Assembly (NCBI GenBank): GCA_031409275.1 | Contig: JANNXA010000043.1 | Location: 1 to 64,000, forward strand | Source: Planctomycetota bacterium | Lineage (GTDB): Bacteria > Planctomycetota > B15-G4 > SIAN01 | Length of the DNA: 64,000 bases | Direction of reading: 5' to 3' | Shown: positions 39,766-49,011 of the stretch, piece by piece | Layout: the number at the start of each line of letters is the position of its first letter | How positions within the stretch are numbered: the first letter of the stretch is position 1 | The notes under the pieces: generated by a model | Database searches by the model: none | What the model saw: only the letters and a program-made list of their open reading frames with translations | Told to the model about the DNA's origin: nothing | Translations under genes and position numbers: made by a program

Positions 39766-40511
39766 CCCTCGTCGAAGAGGCTGCGGCGCTGCTCGCTTCG
39801 GCGCGCGCGCGCTACGCGACCTGCACCACCTACGCCGACTCCGGCACCGTCGTCATCGAGTATCGACAGCAGGATGGCGCCACGAGTCGGGCGGAGTTCA
39901 CGTTCACGACGGCGTTCTCGCGGCCTGACCGCTTCCGCTTCGAGTGGGGCGAGCGCAGCCCGGAGGCGGAGCGTGGGCGCGAAGTCGTGGTGCACGAAGA
40001 GGGGGTGGTGCGCAGCTGGCCGCTCGGGGCGAGCGAGCCGGTGCGCTGCACTTCACTGGTGGGCGCGCTGGCCAACGACGCGGGCGGCGCGGCCCCGCTC
40101 GTCGCGGCGCTGCTGATGCCCGACCGCTTCGACCACGGCGGGCGGCTGGCGCCGACGAGCGCAACGGCGGAAGCGCATCGCGTCGTGCTCGAGGGGGTCG
40201 AATGCTGGCGGTTCGATCGCAGCGACGGCGACATCCGGCAGCGCCTGTGGTTCGAGATCGACTCGCGGCTGCTGCGCCGGCTCGAGGAATCGCAGTCGCT
40301 CGGCGGCGTCGAGGTCGTGACGACGACGACCTACGCGCCTCGGTTCGATGGCCGGCTCGCGGCCGACGATTTCGCGCTGACCGAGCCGGCGGCGGAGCGA
40401 CGCCTCGATGGGGGTGGCGCGCTACTCGGTCCCGTGGCCGCGGGCGCGTTCGTCTGCGCCGCGCTGTTCCTGCTGATCTCGGTGCTGTTGCGTCGCCGCC
40501 GAGCGACGTAG
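39762..40511 (+). CDS. Hypothetical LolA-fold-like protein with C-terminal anchor
   Basis: GTGA overlap; ARYATCTTYADSG...FTTAFSRPDRFRFEW...LWFEIDSRLLRR; TM helix followed by RRRR tail. Confidence 0.6.
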   Translation: MTLVEEAAALLASARARYATCTTYADSGTVVIEYRQQDGATSRAEFTFTTAFSRPDRFRFEWGERSPEAERGREVVVHEEGVVRSWPLGASEPVRCTSLVGALANDAGGAAPLVAALLMPDRFDHGGRLAPTSATAEAHRVVLEGVECWRFDRSDGDIRQRLWFEIDSRLLRRLEESQSLGGVEVVTTTTYAPRFDGRLAADDFALTEPAAERRLDGGGALLGPVAAGAFVCAALFLLISVLLRRRRAT

Positions 40512-40560
40512 CCTGCGCCGATTCCGTCGGCAGGGCCAACGCGGACCAAGGGAGCAGACG

Positions 40561-41856
40561 ATGAGCAAGCGACGTGGAACGACCCGGCGCGACTTCCTGC
40601 GCACCTCCGCCGCCGGTGCGGCGGCATTCGCGATCGGCCGCTATCCCGGGGTCGCGCATGGCTATCCAGCCAACGGGAAACTGCGACTCGGCGTCATCGG
40701 CGTGGCGGGGCGCGGCGGCGACAACATGAACGGCGTCGCTGGCGAGGAGATCGTCGCGCTGTGCGACATCGACGGCGGCAACCTCGCGAAGGCGTGCGAG
40801 CGCTTCCCGCTGGCGAAGAGCTTCGTCGACTTCCGCAAACTGATCGAAGCCGGCGGGCTCGACGGCGTCGTGATCAGCACCCCCGATCACACACACGCGC
40901 CGGCCGCTGCGCAGGCGTTGCGCGCCGGGCTCCACGTCTACTGCGAGAAGCCGCTGACTCACTCGATCCACGAGTGCCGCACGCTGCTTCAGTTGGCGCG
41001 CGCGTCGAAGGCCGCGACGCAGATGGGCACGCAGATCCATTCGAACGACAACTATCGACGGGTCGTCGAGCTGGTGCAGGGCGGTGCGATCGGCGACGTG
41101 ACCGAGGTGCATGTCTGGGTCGGCGGCGGCTACTGCGGCGGCGAGCGTCCGACCGACAAGCCCGCGCTGCCGGCCGGACTCGATTGGGATCTGTGGCTCG
41201 GTCCGGCGCCGCAACGCGACTACCACCCGGCCTACGCTCCGTTCGCATGGCGCGGTTGGTGGGACTACGGCAACGGCACGCTCGGCGACATGGCGTGCCA
41301 CCACATGGACCTCCCGTTCTGGGCGCTCGCCCTGTCCGGTCCGACGCAGATCGCGGTCGAGGGGCCGCCGCCGCATGCCGACGCCTGCCCGCCGTGGCTG
41401 ATCGTGAAGTACACGATGGCGAAGAAGGCCGGCGGCAGCGTGCCGCTCACCTGGTACCACGGTGACAAGCGACCGCACCACTTCGCTGACGGCCTGCTGC
41501 CGCAGTGGGGCAACGGGACGCTCTTCGTCGGCACCAAGGGAACGCTGCTGGCCGACTACGACCGCAACGTGCTGCTGCCGGAGAAGCGGTTCGAAGGATT
41601 CGTGCGGCCGGCGCCGACCATCGCGGCCTCGCCCGGCCACTACGCCGAGTGGATCGGCCAAGCGAAGGGGGAGGCGATCGTGGCGACCTGCCGCTTCGAC
41701 TACGCGGCGCCGCTGACCGAGGCCGTGCTGCTCGGGTGTGTCGCCCATCGCGCGGGCAACGCGACGCTGAGTTGGGACTCCGTGAAGGGGACCACCGGCA
41801 GGCCCGAAGTCGACGCGCTCCTGCGCCGCGACTACCGAGCGGGGTGGAGCCTGTGA
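40561..41856 (+). CDS. Gfo/Idh/MocA oxidoreductase with Tat signal
   Basis: TRRDFL, IGVAGRG, STPDHTH, YCEKP and WDLWLGPA. Confidence 0.92.
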   Translation: MSKRRGTTRRDFLRTSAAGAAAFAIGRYPGVAHGYPANGKLRLGVIGVAGRGGDNMNGVAGEEIVALCDIDGGNLAKACERFPLAKSFVDFRKLIEAGGLDGVVISTPDHTHAPAAAQALRAGLHVYCEKPLTHSIHECRTLLQLARASKAATQMGTQIHSNDNYRRVVELVQGGAIGDVTEVHVWVGGGYCGGERPTDKPALPAGLDWDLWLGPAPQRDYHPAYAPFAWRGWWDYGNGTLGDMACHHMDLPFWALALSGPTQIAVEGPPPHADACPPWLIVKYTMAKKAGGSVPLTWYHGDKRPHHFADGLLPQWGNGTLFVGTKGTLLADYDRNVLLPEKRFEGFVRPAPTIAASPGHYAEWIGQAKGEAIVATCRFDYAAPLTEAVLLGCVAHRAGNATLSWDSVKGTTGRPEVDALLRRDYRAGWSL

Positions 41857-42015
41857 ACCGCGAAAGGGCGCGTCGCGGGCGACGGAACGGGCACGATCGG
41901 CCGCTGCGACCGCGTGCCCCCCTGGGGGAGTTGACGGCACACGCTTCGCCTCGGTGACCGACGTCGCCCGCGGACGGACCTCATTCCGCCTCGCCGCGCG
42001 ATCCCGGAGAACCGC

Positions 42016-42489
42016 ATGTTTGCCACCCCGAGTCAGCTGTCGGAAGGCTCGCGCAAGAGCATCTCGGCAGCGCTCTTGTCGCTGCTCGCCGATGGTCTGG
42101 ACCTCTACAGCCAGATCAAGGTCGCCCATTGGAACGTGCGCGGGCCGCAGTTCGCCGCGCTCCATCCGCTGTTCGAGACGTTTGCGGTCAGCCTCGCCAA
42201 CCACACCGACGAGATCGCCGAGCGCGCGGTGACGCTCGGGTCGCTGGCGCGCGGCACGTCACGACACGTCGCTGCGAGCTCGCGAATTCCCGAGTACCCG
42301 CAAGAAGTCACGCGCGACCTCGAGCACGTCGGCCTGCTCGCCGAGCGCTTCGACGTCTTCCTGAAGAGTCTGCGATCCACTCGCTCGGTGGCCGAGAAAG
42401 AGGTCGACACCGATACCGTCGACCTCCTGACCGGTGTCATCAGCGAGTTCGAGAAGCACGGCTGGATGCTGCGCGCCTCGCTCTCCTGA
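42016..42489 (+). CDS. dps: Dps DNA-binding ferritin-like protein
   Basis: KVAHWNVRGPQFAALHPLFE...DEIAER ferroxidase motif; EKHGWML. Confidence 0.93.
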   Translation: MFATPSQLSEGSRKSISAALLSLLADGLDLYSQIKVAHWNVRGPQFAALHPLFETFAVSLANHTDEIAERAVTLGSLARGTSRHVAASSRIPEYPQEVTRDLEHVGLLAERFDVFLKSLRSTRSVAEKEVDTDTVDLLTGVISEFEKHGWMLRASLS

Positions 42490-42490
42490 T

Positions 42491-42622
42491 CGGTGGCGGG
42501 GATCTTTCTCCCGCCGAATCAGCACTCCGCGTCCCAGCACGCCGACGAACCGGTGGCGGGGATCTTTCCTCCGCTCGCGCCGCACCTGGCGCGGAAACAG
42601 TGGTGGAAAGATCCCCGCCACC
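42491..42622. repeat. REP-like element: two direct copies and one inverted copy of GGTGGCGGGGATCTTTC
   Basis: Copies at 42491-42508 and 42551-42568, inverted copy at 42605-42622; lies between convergent genes. Confidence 0.8.
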
Positions 42623-42679
42623 AATCGTGCGCGTCACCGATCGCGCGCGCCATCGAGGCGGTGCCGGGTGGCGGGAGGG

Positions 42680-43717
42680 TCAGTGTTGCAGGAGCGGTGC
42701 CGCGATCGGGGCGATCAGCTCGGCGGCGAGCTTGCATCCCTTGGCGTTGAAGTGGGTGTCGATCGGGTCGAGCGAGAGGAAGAGCTTCTCGAACGCTTTG
42801 ACCTTGGTGAGCAGGCCGGCGCGCAGGTCGACGAACGGCCAGCCATGATCGGCGGCGAGCCGCACGACGCTCGCGTGGTCCTTCCACACTTCGTGGGTCT
42901 CGTCCTGCAGTTCCTTGGTCGATGACATCTCCGGGATCGCGGCGAGCAGGAAGGGGATGCCGCGCGCGGCGCAGTCGGCCGCGATCGCCTCGATCCGCTG
43001 CGCCGTCAACGGCCAGTGCGTCGACCCGCGCGCGTCGTAGTCGCCGCGCTCGTAGCGCCGACCCGCCTCGAGCTTCGCGGCGACGGCGTAGAGGAAACTG
43101 CGCGCGAGGTACGGCTTCCACGAGTAGGGCAACGGCAGATCGTCGTGGTAGAGGACGTGCAGCGCGGGCGCCCACGTCAGCGCGTTGGGCTCCTTGTCGT
43201 TGGCGAAGTAGAGCAGGATCACGAGGTCCGGCGCGAGCTCGAACCCGACGCGCTGCAGCAGCAGCGCCTCCTGTCGCGTCTGGTAGCCCGGGACACCGAG
43301 GTTCAGCACCTCGGTCGCCGGCAGCAGCGACTGCAGCTGTGCCGCGATCGCATCGCCTTCCGTGACGCCGAGCCCGAAGGCGTAGCTGTCGCCGACCAGC
43401 AGGACGCGCTGCTTGCCGTCCGGCTTGCGCGCATCGACCTCCGCTCCGCGCAGGCCGCGTGAATTGACGCGATAGTCGATCCCGTCGACCTCCGCGCGAA
43501 ACCCGGGCGCCAGGCGAAAACGCAGCTCGCGATCGTCGAGCGTCAACAGCCCTTCCTGTGCGAGCTTCCAATAGCCCGAGAGGTCGTCGATCTGGCGATC
43601 GATGCGGTCGTAGCGCGGATCGCCGATCAGCTGGATCGCGAGCTCCACCAGCATCGGGGTCAGCAGCGTCGCCGCCAACGCCAGCGCGAGCCGCTTGCGC
43701 CAATCGCGTCCGCTCAT
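42680..43717 (-). CDS. Membrane-anchored SGNH/GDSL hydrolase
   Basis: VNSRGLRG, GDSYAFG, NLGVPGY, YFAND and DTHFN. Confidence 0.85.
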   Translation of the reverse strand: MSGRDWRKRLALALAATLLTPMLVELAIQLIGDPRYDRIDRQIDDLSGYWKLAQEGLLTLDDRELRFRLAPGFRAEVDGIDYRVNSRGLRGAEVDARKPDGKQRVLLVGDSYAFGLGVTEGDAIAAQLQSLLPATEVLNLGVPGYQTRQEALLLQRVGFELAPDLVILLYFANDKEPNALTWAPALHVLYHDDLPLPYSWKPYLARSFLYAVAAKLEAGRRYERGDYDARGSTHWPLTAQRIEAIAADCAARGIPFLLAAIPEMSSTKELQDETHEVWKDHASVVRLAADHGWPFVDLRAGLLTKVKAFEKLFLSLDPIDTHFNAKGCKLAAELIAPIAAPLLQH

Positions 43718-44778
43718 CGCGACGCCCCGCCGCCGCCGAGGGCACGGACGCGCACCGGATTGCAGAAGTCAGGCGAGGCGATGGCGAGCTTGACGGCGCG
43801 CGTTTCGACGTCGACCTCGAACAGGGCGCCACGGCCGTGGCCGGCGAAACCCTTGCCGGAGCCGTCATCGCCGAGGTCGAGCGGATCAGCGCTGCCATCG
43901 GTGACGAAGAGGCGGCCGCAGTAGACCGTCGCGCACGTCGGGTCGCGCAGCTCGCGACTCCACGCGAAGAGCTCGGAATGGCCGTCGCGCTGCAGTTCGT
44001 AGAGGCCGCCGCGAAACCGCGCCGGCACTTTCGGATCGGCATTGACGTCGGCGACGAGGAAGCGGTCGCCGTGCCAGGGCTGCAACGAGAACGGGCTCAC
44101 CAGCGCGAGCCGGCCCGCCTCGGCGAATCCGCTGCCGTCGAGCGCGGCACGGAAGAGCCCGCCTTCGTGGAGTGCCGCGATGTCGACTCGCCACGCGTCC
44201 GCATCGAGGATCCACGCGACTCCATCGACGAAGGCGACGTCGACCGGCACTTCGAGCGGCGCGCCGCAAGCCACGATCGACACCGTGCTCCCATCGGCGC
44301 TGAATCGGAAGACGGCGCCGGGACCGCTGCCGTCCGCGAAGGTGACGCCGCGATCGGTCACCCAGATGCTGCCGTCAGGCGCTCGCGCGAAGCTGGTCGG
44401 ATCGACAAGCACCGGCGGCAACCTCAGCTCCCGCGTCGTGCCGTCGGCGTCGAGTCGGAGGATCGTGCCGCGACCGGCGCTCTCGATCTGGTCGAGGATC
44501 AGCAGGCCGCCGTCGGCGTCGGCGAGGACGTCGACCGGATCGACGAATGCCCGCGACGAATGGAGCAGCGAGAGCGTTCCGCTCGCCACGTCGTAGAGGA
44601 AGAGGGCTCCGGGTCGCCCGCCGAGGGCCAGCGGATCGGCATCGACGTCGACGATCACCAGCCGCGAAGCGGCGGCGTCGCTGGCGCGCGGCGACGGGGC
44701 TGCCGGGTCAGGCGCGCCGCATCCGGCGCTCGCCACGGCAAGCGCGCTCGCGGCAAGGAGTCGGCGCGATGCGTTCAT
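43714..44778 (-). CDS. Beta-propeller lipoprotein of unknown function
   Basis: ASAGC lipobox; repeated DPVDV/DPTS/VPVDV blades with D(A/V)DADP motifs. Confidence 0.65.
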   Translation of the reverse strand: MNASRRLLAASALAVASAGCGAPDPAAPSPRASDAAASRLVIVDVDADPLALGGRPGALFLYDVASGTLSLLHSSRAFVDPVDVLADADGGLLILDQIESAGRGTILRLDADGTTRELRLPPVLVDPTSFARAPDGSIWVTDRGVTFADGSGPGAVFRFSADGSTVSIVACGAPLEVPVDVAFVDGVAWILDADAWRVDIAALHEGGLFRAALDGSGFAEAGRLALVSPFSLQPWHGDRFLVADVNADPKVPARFRGGLYELQRDGHSELFAWSRELRDPTCATVYCGRLFVTDGSADPLDLGDDGSGKGFAGHGRGALFEVDVETRAVKLAIASPDFCNPVRVRALGGGGASR

Positions 44779-44808
44779 GAGCGGCGGACGATAGCGGCTG
44801 CGTTCCGC

Positions 44809-45879
44809 TCACTCGCGGGGGCCGCGCGAGTCGGCGAGCCAGTGGAGCTGCGCATCCTGGCGCGCAACGACCAGGCCGAGCACCTGCGCGGCCATCGCCG
44901 TCGTCGCGAGGATGAAGAACGCCTTCACCACCGGTCCGATCCACGGCACGGCGCCAAACAGCAGGCCGCCGCCGAGCATGGCGCCGAGCGCGGCGCAGAA
45001 GAGCGCCACCACCAACGCGTACTCGATGCCGCACGCGCGCATTCCTCTGCCGATTCGCACGGGATCGAGTCCTCGAAGCGAGCCATCGACGGCCACCGAC
45101 GCGAGCGCCATCGGGAACGCGACGAAGCCCAGTGCCGACAGCACCATTCCGAAGAGCAGCGGTAGCGGTCCGATCGTCATGGCCAACAGGCCCGGTCCGA
45201 CGCACGCGGCGAGCGTTGCGAACGACTCCACCGCCGGAATCGCGACGCTCTCTTGCACGCTCGTGAAGGTGGGGAACCGTTCCAGCGCGGGGCGGCCGAG
45301 CGCGCTGTCGCAGATGACCTGCTGCACCCACGCGAACTGGTATCCGAGCACCAGCAGGAAGAGGACGATGCCGGTCGCCGACAGCAACAGGTCGTGCATC
45401 AGCGGGACGGGCGCTGCGCCCGCGGATCGAGTGAGGTTCTGGAAGGCGGCGAAGAGCGTCGCGCGCGTCGCGGTGCCGAGCAGTGCATCGAGCGTGCCGT
45501 AGCAGACGCTGCCCGCCAGCATGAGCTGCAGGCCGGTGCCCGACAGTGGCGCGCGAATGGCGTTGCCGAGGTGGCGTTCGTACCGGCGACGCTCGCCGAC
45601 CGACGGGTCCGGCAACGACTCGCCGCGGCCACCGCAGTTGCACAACCAGTAGGTGTTGCCGTGGTCGTTCAGCCGGCGGACGCAGTTGGCGCACCAATGC
45701 GTCTTGCAGCGGTCGCAACGCACCAGCGCGTCGACTTCGCGGTGGCGCGCGCAGCGCTGCATCGACTGCGCCGGCGCGGCGTCGACGTGGCCGCCGATCA
45801 CCTTGCGCGGTGATTCCGGCGGCGTCGCAGCGCCGGTTCCGGCGGACGCTTCCGTTGGTTTCGAGCCGACCCCTGCCAC
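44809..45879 (-). CDS. Membrane protein with N-terminal B-box-like zinc finger
   Basis: CARH...CDRC...WCANC...CNCG followed by several TM helices. Start uncertain. Confidence 0.65.
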   Translation of the reverse strand: MAGVGSKPTEASAGTGAATPPESPRKVIGGHVDAAPAQSMQRCARHREVDALVRCDRCKTHWCANCVRRLNDHGNTYWLCNCGGRGESLPDPSVGERRRYERHLGNAIRAPLSGTGLQLMLAGSVCYGTLDALLGTATRATLFAAFQNLTRSAGAAPVPLMHDLLLSATGIVLFLLVLGYQFAWVQQVICDSALGRPALERFPTFTSVQESVAIPAVESFATLAACVGPGLLAMTIGPLPLLFGMVLSALGFVAFPMALASVAVDGSLRGLDPVRIGRGMRACGIEYALVVALFCAALGAMLGGGLLFGAVPWIGPVVKAFFILATTAMAAQVLGLVVARQDAQLHWLADSRGPRE

Positions 45880-45909
45880 GGGCAGATCTCCAGTGATCTC
45901 CTCGATCGG

Positions 45910-46851
45910 CTAGCGGCCACCCGGAACTGGACTGCTCCCGCTCGCGCCCTCCCCGTCGCTCGGGAGCGCTCCCCCCAGGCGCGCGCGCAAGCGCTCGATC
46001 AGCTCGCGGATGGTGGCAGGGCCGTGGCCGGCGTAGTGGTTGTTCGCGTAGACCCAGACATCGCGTCCCGCTTCGAGCGTCGCCGCGAGCAGCTCGGCCC
46101 ACTTCGCAAGGCGAGCCGACTGGTCGACGACCACCTCGCCCCAGCTCGTCGTGCGCCGTTCGATCGCTTCGCGGTCGCCCAGGAGTCGCAGGTAGCACCA
46201 CGGCGCGGGCGCGACGTCGACGCGCGTCGCCACCCGTTCGGGTCCGTCCATCCACGGATGGTCGATCCAGACCAGCCCGCGTCCGCCGGCGCGCAGGACG
46301 TCCAGCACGGGCGTCGACCACAGGGTCTTGTTGCGAACTTCGAGCGCCACTCGCATCGACTTCGGGAAGAGCTCGAGGAACGGCGCGAGCCGCTCCGCGA
46401 ACGGCTCGGGTTCGATCCCTTCCGCTTTTCGAAAGTAGCGCAACTGCACGACGACGACGCCGAGCCGATCGCCAAACGCCTCGAGCGCATCGACGAACGC
46501 GCGCGTCTCGTCGCCGACTCCGAGCAGCAGCTTCTCGTGCGTGATCGACTGCGGGACCTTCGGGCAGAAGAGGAAGCCCGGCGGCGTGCGCTGCACCCAG
46601 CCTTCCACCGTGCGGCGCGTCGGCATCCGATAGAAGGTGCTGTCGATCTCGACGCTGCGGAACTGCTCGGCGTAGCGAGTCAGCAGCGCCTTCTTCGCGG
46701 TCCCTTCGGCATAGAAGGGGCCGATCCAGTCAGGGTAGTCCCAGCCCGAAGTGCCGAAGTGCACGCGTCCCTGCAATGCCGCGAGCGTCGCCGGCGCAGC
46801 GGCGGGCGGTGGTGGTGACGACGGAGGCGGCGGCGGTCCGGCGGGAGGCAT
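45910..46851 (-). CDS. DUF72 (YecE-like) protein
   Basis: GTSGWDY..W.GPFY, VEIDSTFY, KVPQSITH, ALEVRN and YANNHYAG. Confidence 0.9.
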   Translation of the reverse strand: MPPAGPPPPPSSPPPPAAAPATLAALQGRVHFGTSGWDYPDWIGPFYAEGTAKKALLTRYAEQFRSVEIDSTFYRMPTRRTVEGWVQRTPPGFLFCPKVPQSITHEKLLLGVGDETRAFVDALEAFGDRLGVVVVQLRYFRKAEGIEPEPFAERLAPFLELFPKSMRVALEVRNKTLWSTPVLDVLRAGGRGLVWIDHPWMDGPERVATRVDVAPAPWCYLRLLGDREAIERRTTSWGEVVVDQSARLAKWAELLAATLEAGRDVWVYANNHYAGHGPATIRELIERLRARLGGALPSDGEGASGSSPVPGGR

Positions 46852-46938
46852 GCGTGCGATTCTGCCCTGCGAGCGGTGGGCGCGGCTACGCTGCGACCTC
46901 GTCGCGGCGGGGGCTGGCGACGGAACGACGAGGGGTGA

Positions 46939-49011
46939 ATGGAGCCGCAATCGGATCGCGCGTCGCGGCGCGGCACGCTGCTCGTGCTGGCGCTGATGGC
47001 GGCGTTGCTGCTGCTCGCGGCCGGGGCGTGGTGGTGGTTGCGAGTGGCGAGCGCGAAGCCGCGTTCCGGCTCGCCGACGATCGTCGGAGTGGGCGCGGCG
47101 TCGGGCCGCGGTCGCGACGCCCGCGCGAACTCGGCGGCGGATGACGCAAGCGCAGGGCATGGCGGCTCGTTGACGAGCGCCGACGCGCTCTCGGCGCGGC
47201 GCGCTGCCGAGACCTTCGATCCGTTGGCGACGCCGGCGCCGTCCGAGATCGATGGAGTGGAGCGCGAAGGGAAGGCGCTCTTCTGGGGACGCGTGTTGGC
47301 GCCCGACGGCTCGCCGTGTGCCGGCGCGACGCTGTGGCACGACGGCGTCATCTCTGGAACCAGCGACGAGCAAGGCCACTACCGTCTGGTCGTCGCGCAA
47401 CGAACCTGGGATTCAGGGCGCACCAGCAACCAAGGGTTCGAGCATTGGCTCCACGCGCGCAAGGAAGGCGTGGGGGTGACGCAGGCGTGGTGCGGTCGCT
47501 GCAGCGGCCGCTGCGATCTGCGGCTCGATCCTGGCTACGCGGTGGCGGGTCGCGTCGTCGCGCGTGGGAGCGGGGCGCCGCTGTCCGGAATTGTCGTCGA
47601 GTACCATCTACCGCTCGTCGCGCCGACCGGCGCGTTGCGCCGCTTGCTTCCGCTGCGCACGGTGAGCGATGAAGCTGGTGCCTTTCGCTTCCAGACGCTG
47701 ATGGGGTCGCGCTTCGCGTTGCGGGCGAGCGGCGCGGAGTGGGCGTCGGATGGGTGGTTCGAATTCGACGTCGATCCGAAGCGCGGCCGCGACCGCCTCG
47801 ACTTCGAGCTCGAGCCGCGACTGATCGCGAAGGGTTGGTTCACGCCCTGGCCGCCTCTCGGTTTCCCGCCGGCTGCGGCGCTCGACGCACGCGTCGTCGC
47901 GCTGGCGGCCGGTGGCCAGGCGATCGCGGACGAGCCGGACGCGACACGAGTCGCGGACGATGGCTCCTTTGCGCTGCGCTTCGCCGCCACTGGCACGCTC
48001 GAACTGCGGCTGCAAGTGGCCGATGACTCGCCCTGGAGCTGCCGGATCGACCTGCCGTGGGAGCCGACGCCGGTCGATCTCGGTCGCATCGAACTCCCCG
48101 CTCCCGCGCGCGTGACCGGGCGGGTCGCACTGCCGGCGGAGCTGCTCGAACTGGGCTTCGAGTTCGTCGTCGTGCAACCGACTCTGGCGGCGCCGCGCAT
48201 CGTGCGAGTCGCGCTGGACGCGCAAGGCCGTTTCACCTCGCCCCCGCTGGCGAATGGCGGCTTCCTGCACGGAGTCGTGCTGGGTGATGAGCTGGCGATC
48301 GCGGGGACGTTGGCGAACTTCGCGCCGCGCAGCGGCATCGCGGTGGGCGATGGCGAGGCGCAGCCGCCGCTGGCCGCCGGCGAGACGCGCGACCTCGGGA
48401 CGCTGGCGCCGCCGGGGCCGCTGCTGGCGGGCCGGTTGACGCTCGCCGACGGCAGCGCCGCGTTCAATGCGATCGTCGAGCTGGCGTGGGACGTCGAGGA
48501 CGCAGGGGATTCGTTCGCGACGCTCGCCGACGCTGCGGGGCGCTACGTGATCGGCCGACGCCTCGGCTTCGAACCCGAAGAGCTCGCGGCGATCGCGAAG
48601 GGAAACGGGCGCATCGTCGCCCATCACCACGCGGAGCGCGGACGCTCGCAACCGCTGCCGGCGCTCACCGCCGGTGGATCGATGCGCGTGGATGTTGCGC
48701 TCGATCGCGGCGCAGCGGCCAGCGGCCGCGTCGTCGATGCGCAGGGTGCGCCGCTGGCGGGCGCGCGCTTCCTCTTCTTCCCGGTCGGATGGACCGGGGG
48801 GCGGTCGCAGGAGCGCGTGGCTTGGAGCGATGCAGAGGGGCGCTTCAAGGTCGCAGGGCTCGCGCCGGCCGGCTACTTCGTCATTCGCGATCTGCTCGAA
48901 GGCGACGGCGAGGAGGGCACCTCGATGGAGTCGTTTGGCCTGTTCGGCCAGTTCACGGCGCCGGCGAGCGACCTCGAGTTGCGTCCGCTCCAGGGCGATC
49001 GGGAGGAGTGA
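46939..49011 (+). CDS. Membrane-anchored carboxypeptidase-regulatory-like repeat protein
   Basis: Repeated GRV..G.P..GA...SD..G.F/Y modules after an N-terminal TM helix. Confidence 0.7.
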   Translation: MEPQSDRASRRGTLLVLALMAALLLLAAGAWWWLRVASAKPRSGSPTIVGVGAASGRGRDARANSAADDASAGHGGSLTSADALSARRAAETFDPLATPAPSEIDGVEREGKALFWGRVLAPDGSPCAGATLWHDGVISGTSDEQGHYRLVVAQRTWDSGRTSNQGFEHWLHARKEGVGVTQAWCGRCSGRCDLRLDPGYAVAGRVVARGSGAPLSGIVVEYHLPLVAPTGALRRLLPLRTVSDEAGAFRFQTLMGSRFALRASGAEWASDGWFEFDVDPKRGRDRLDFELEPRLIAKGWFTPWPPLGFPPAAALDARVVALAAGGQAIADEPDATRVADDGSFALRFAATGTLELRLQVADDSPWSCRIDLPWEPTPVDLGRIELPAPARVTGRVALPAELLELGFEFVVVQPTLAAPRIVRVALDAQGRFTSPPLANGGFLHGVVLGDELAIAGTLANFAPRSGIAVGDGEAQPPLAAGETRDLGTLAPPGPLLAGRLTLADGSAAFNAIVELAWDVEDAGDSFATLADAAGRYVIGRRLGFEPEELAAIAKGNGRIVAHHHAERGRSQPLPALTAGGSMRVDVALDRGAAASGRVVDAQGAPLAGARFLFFPVGWTGGRSQERVAWSDAEGRFKVAGLAPAGYFVIRDLLEGDGEEGTSMESFGLFGQFTAPASDLELRPLQGDREE

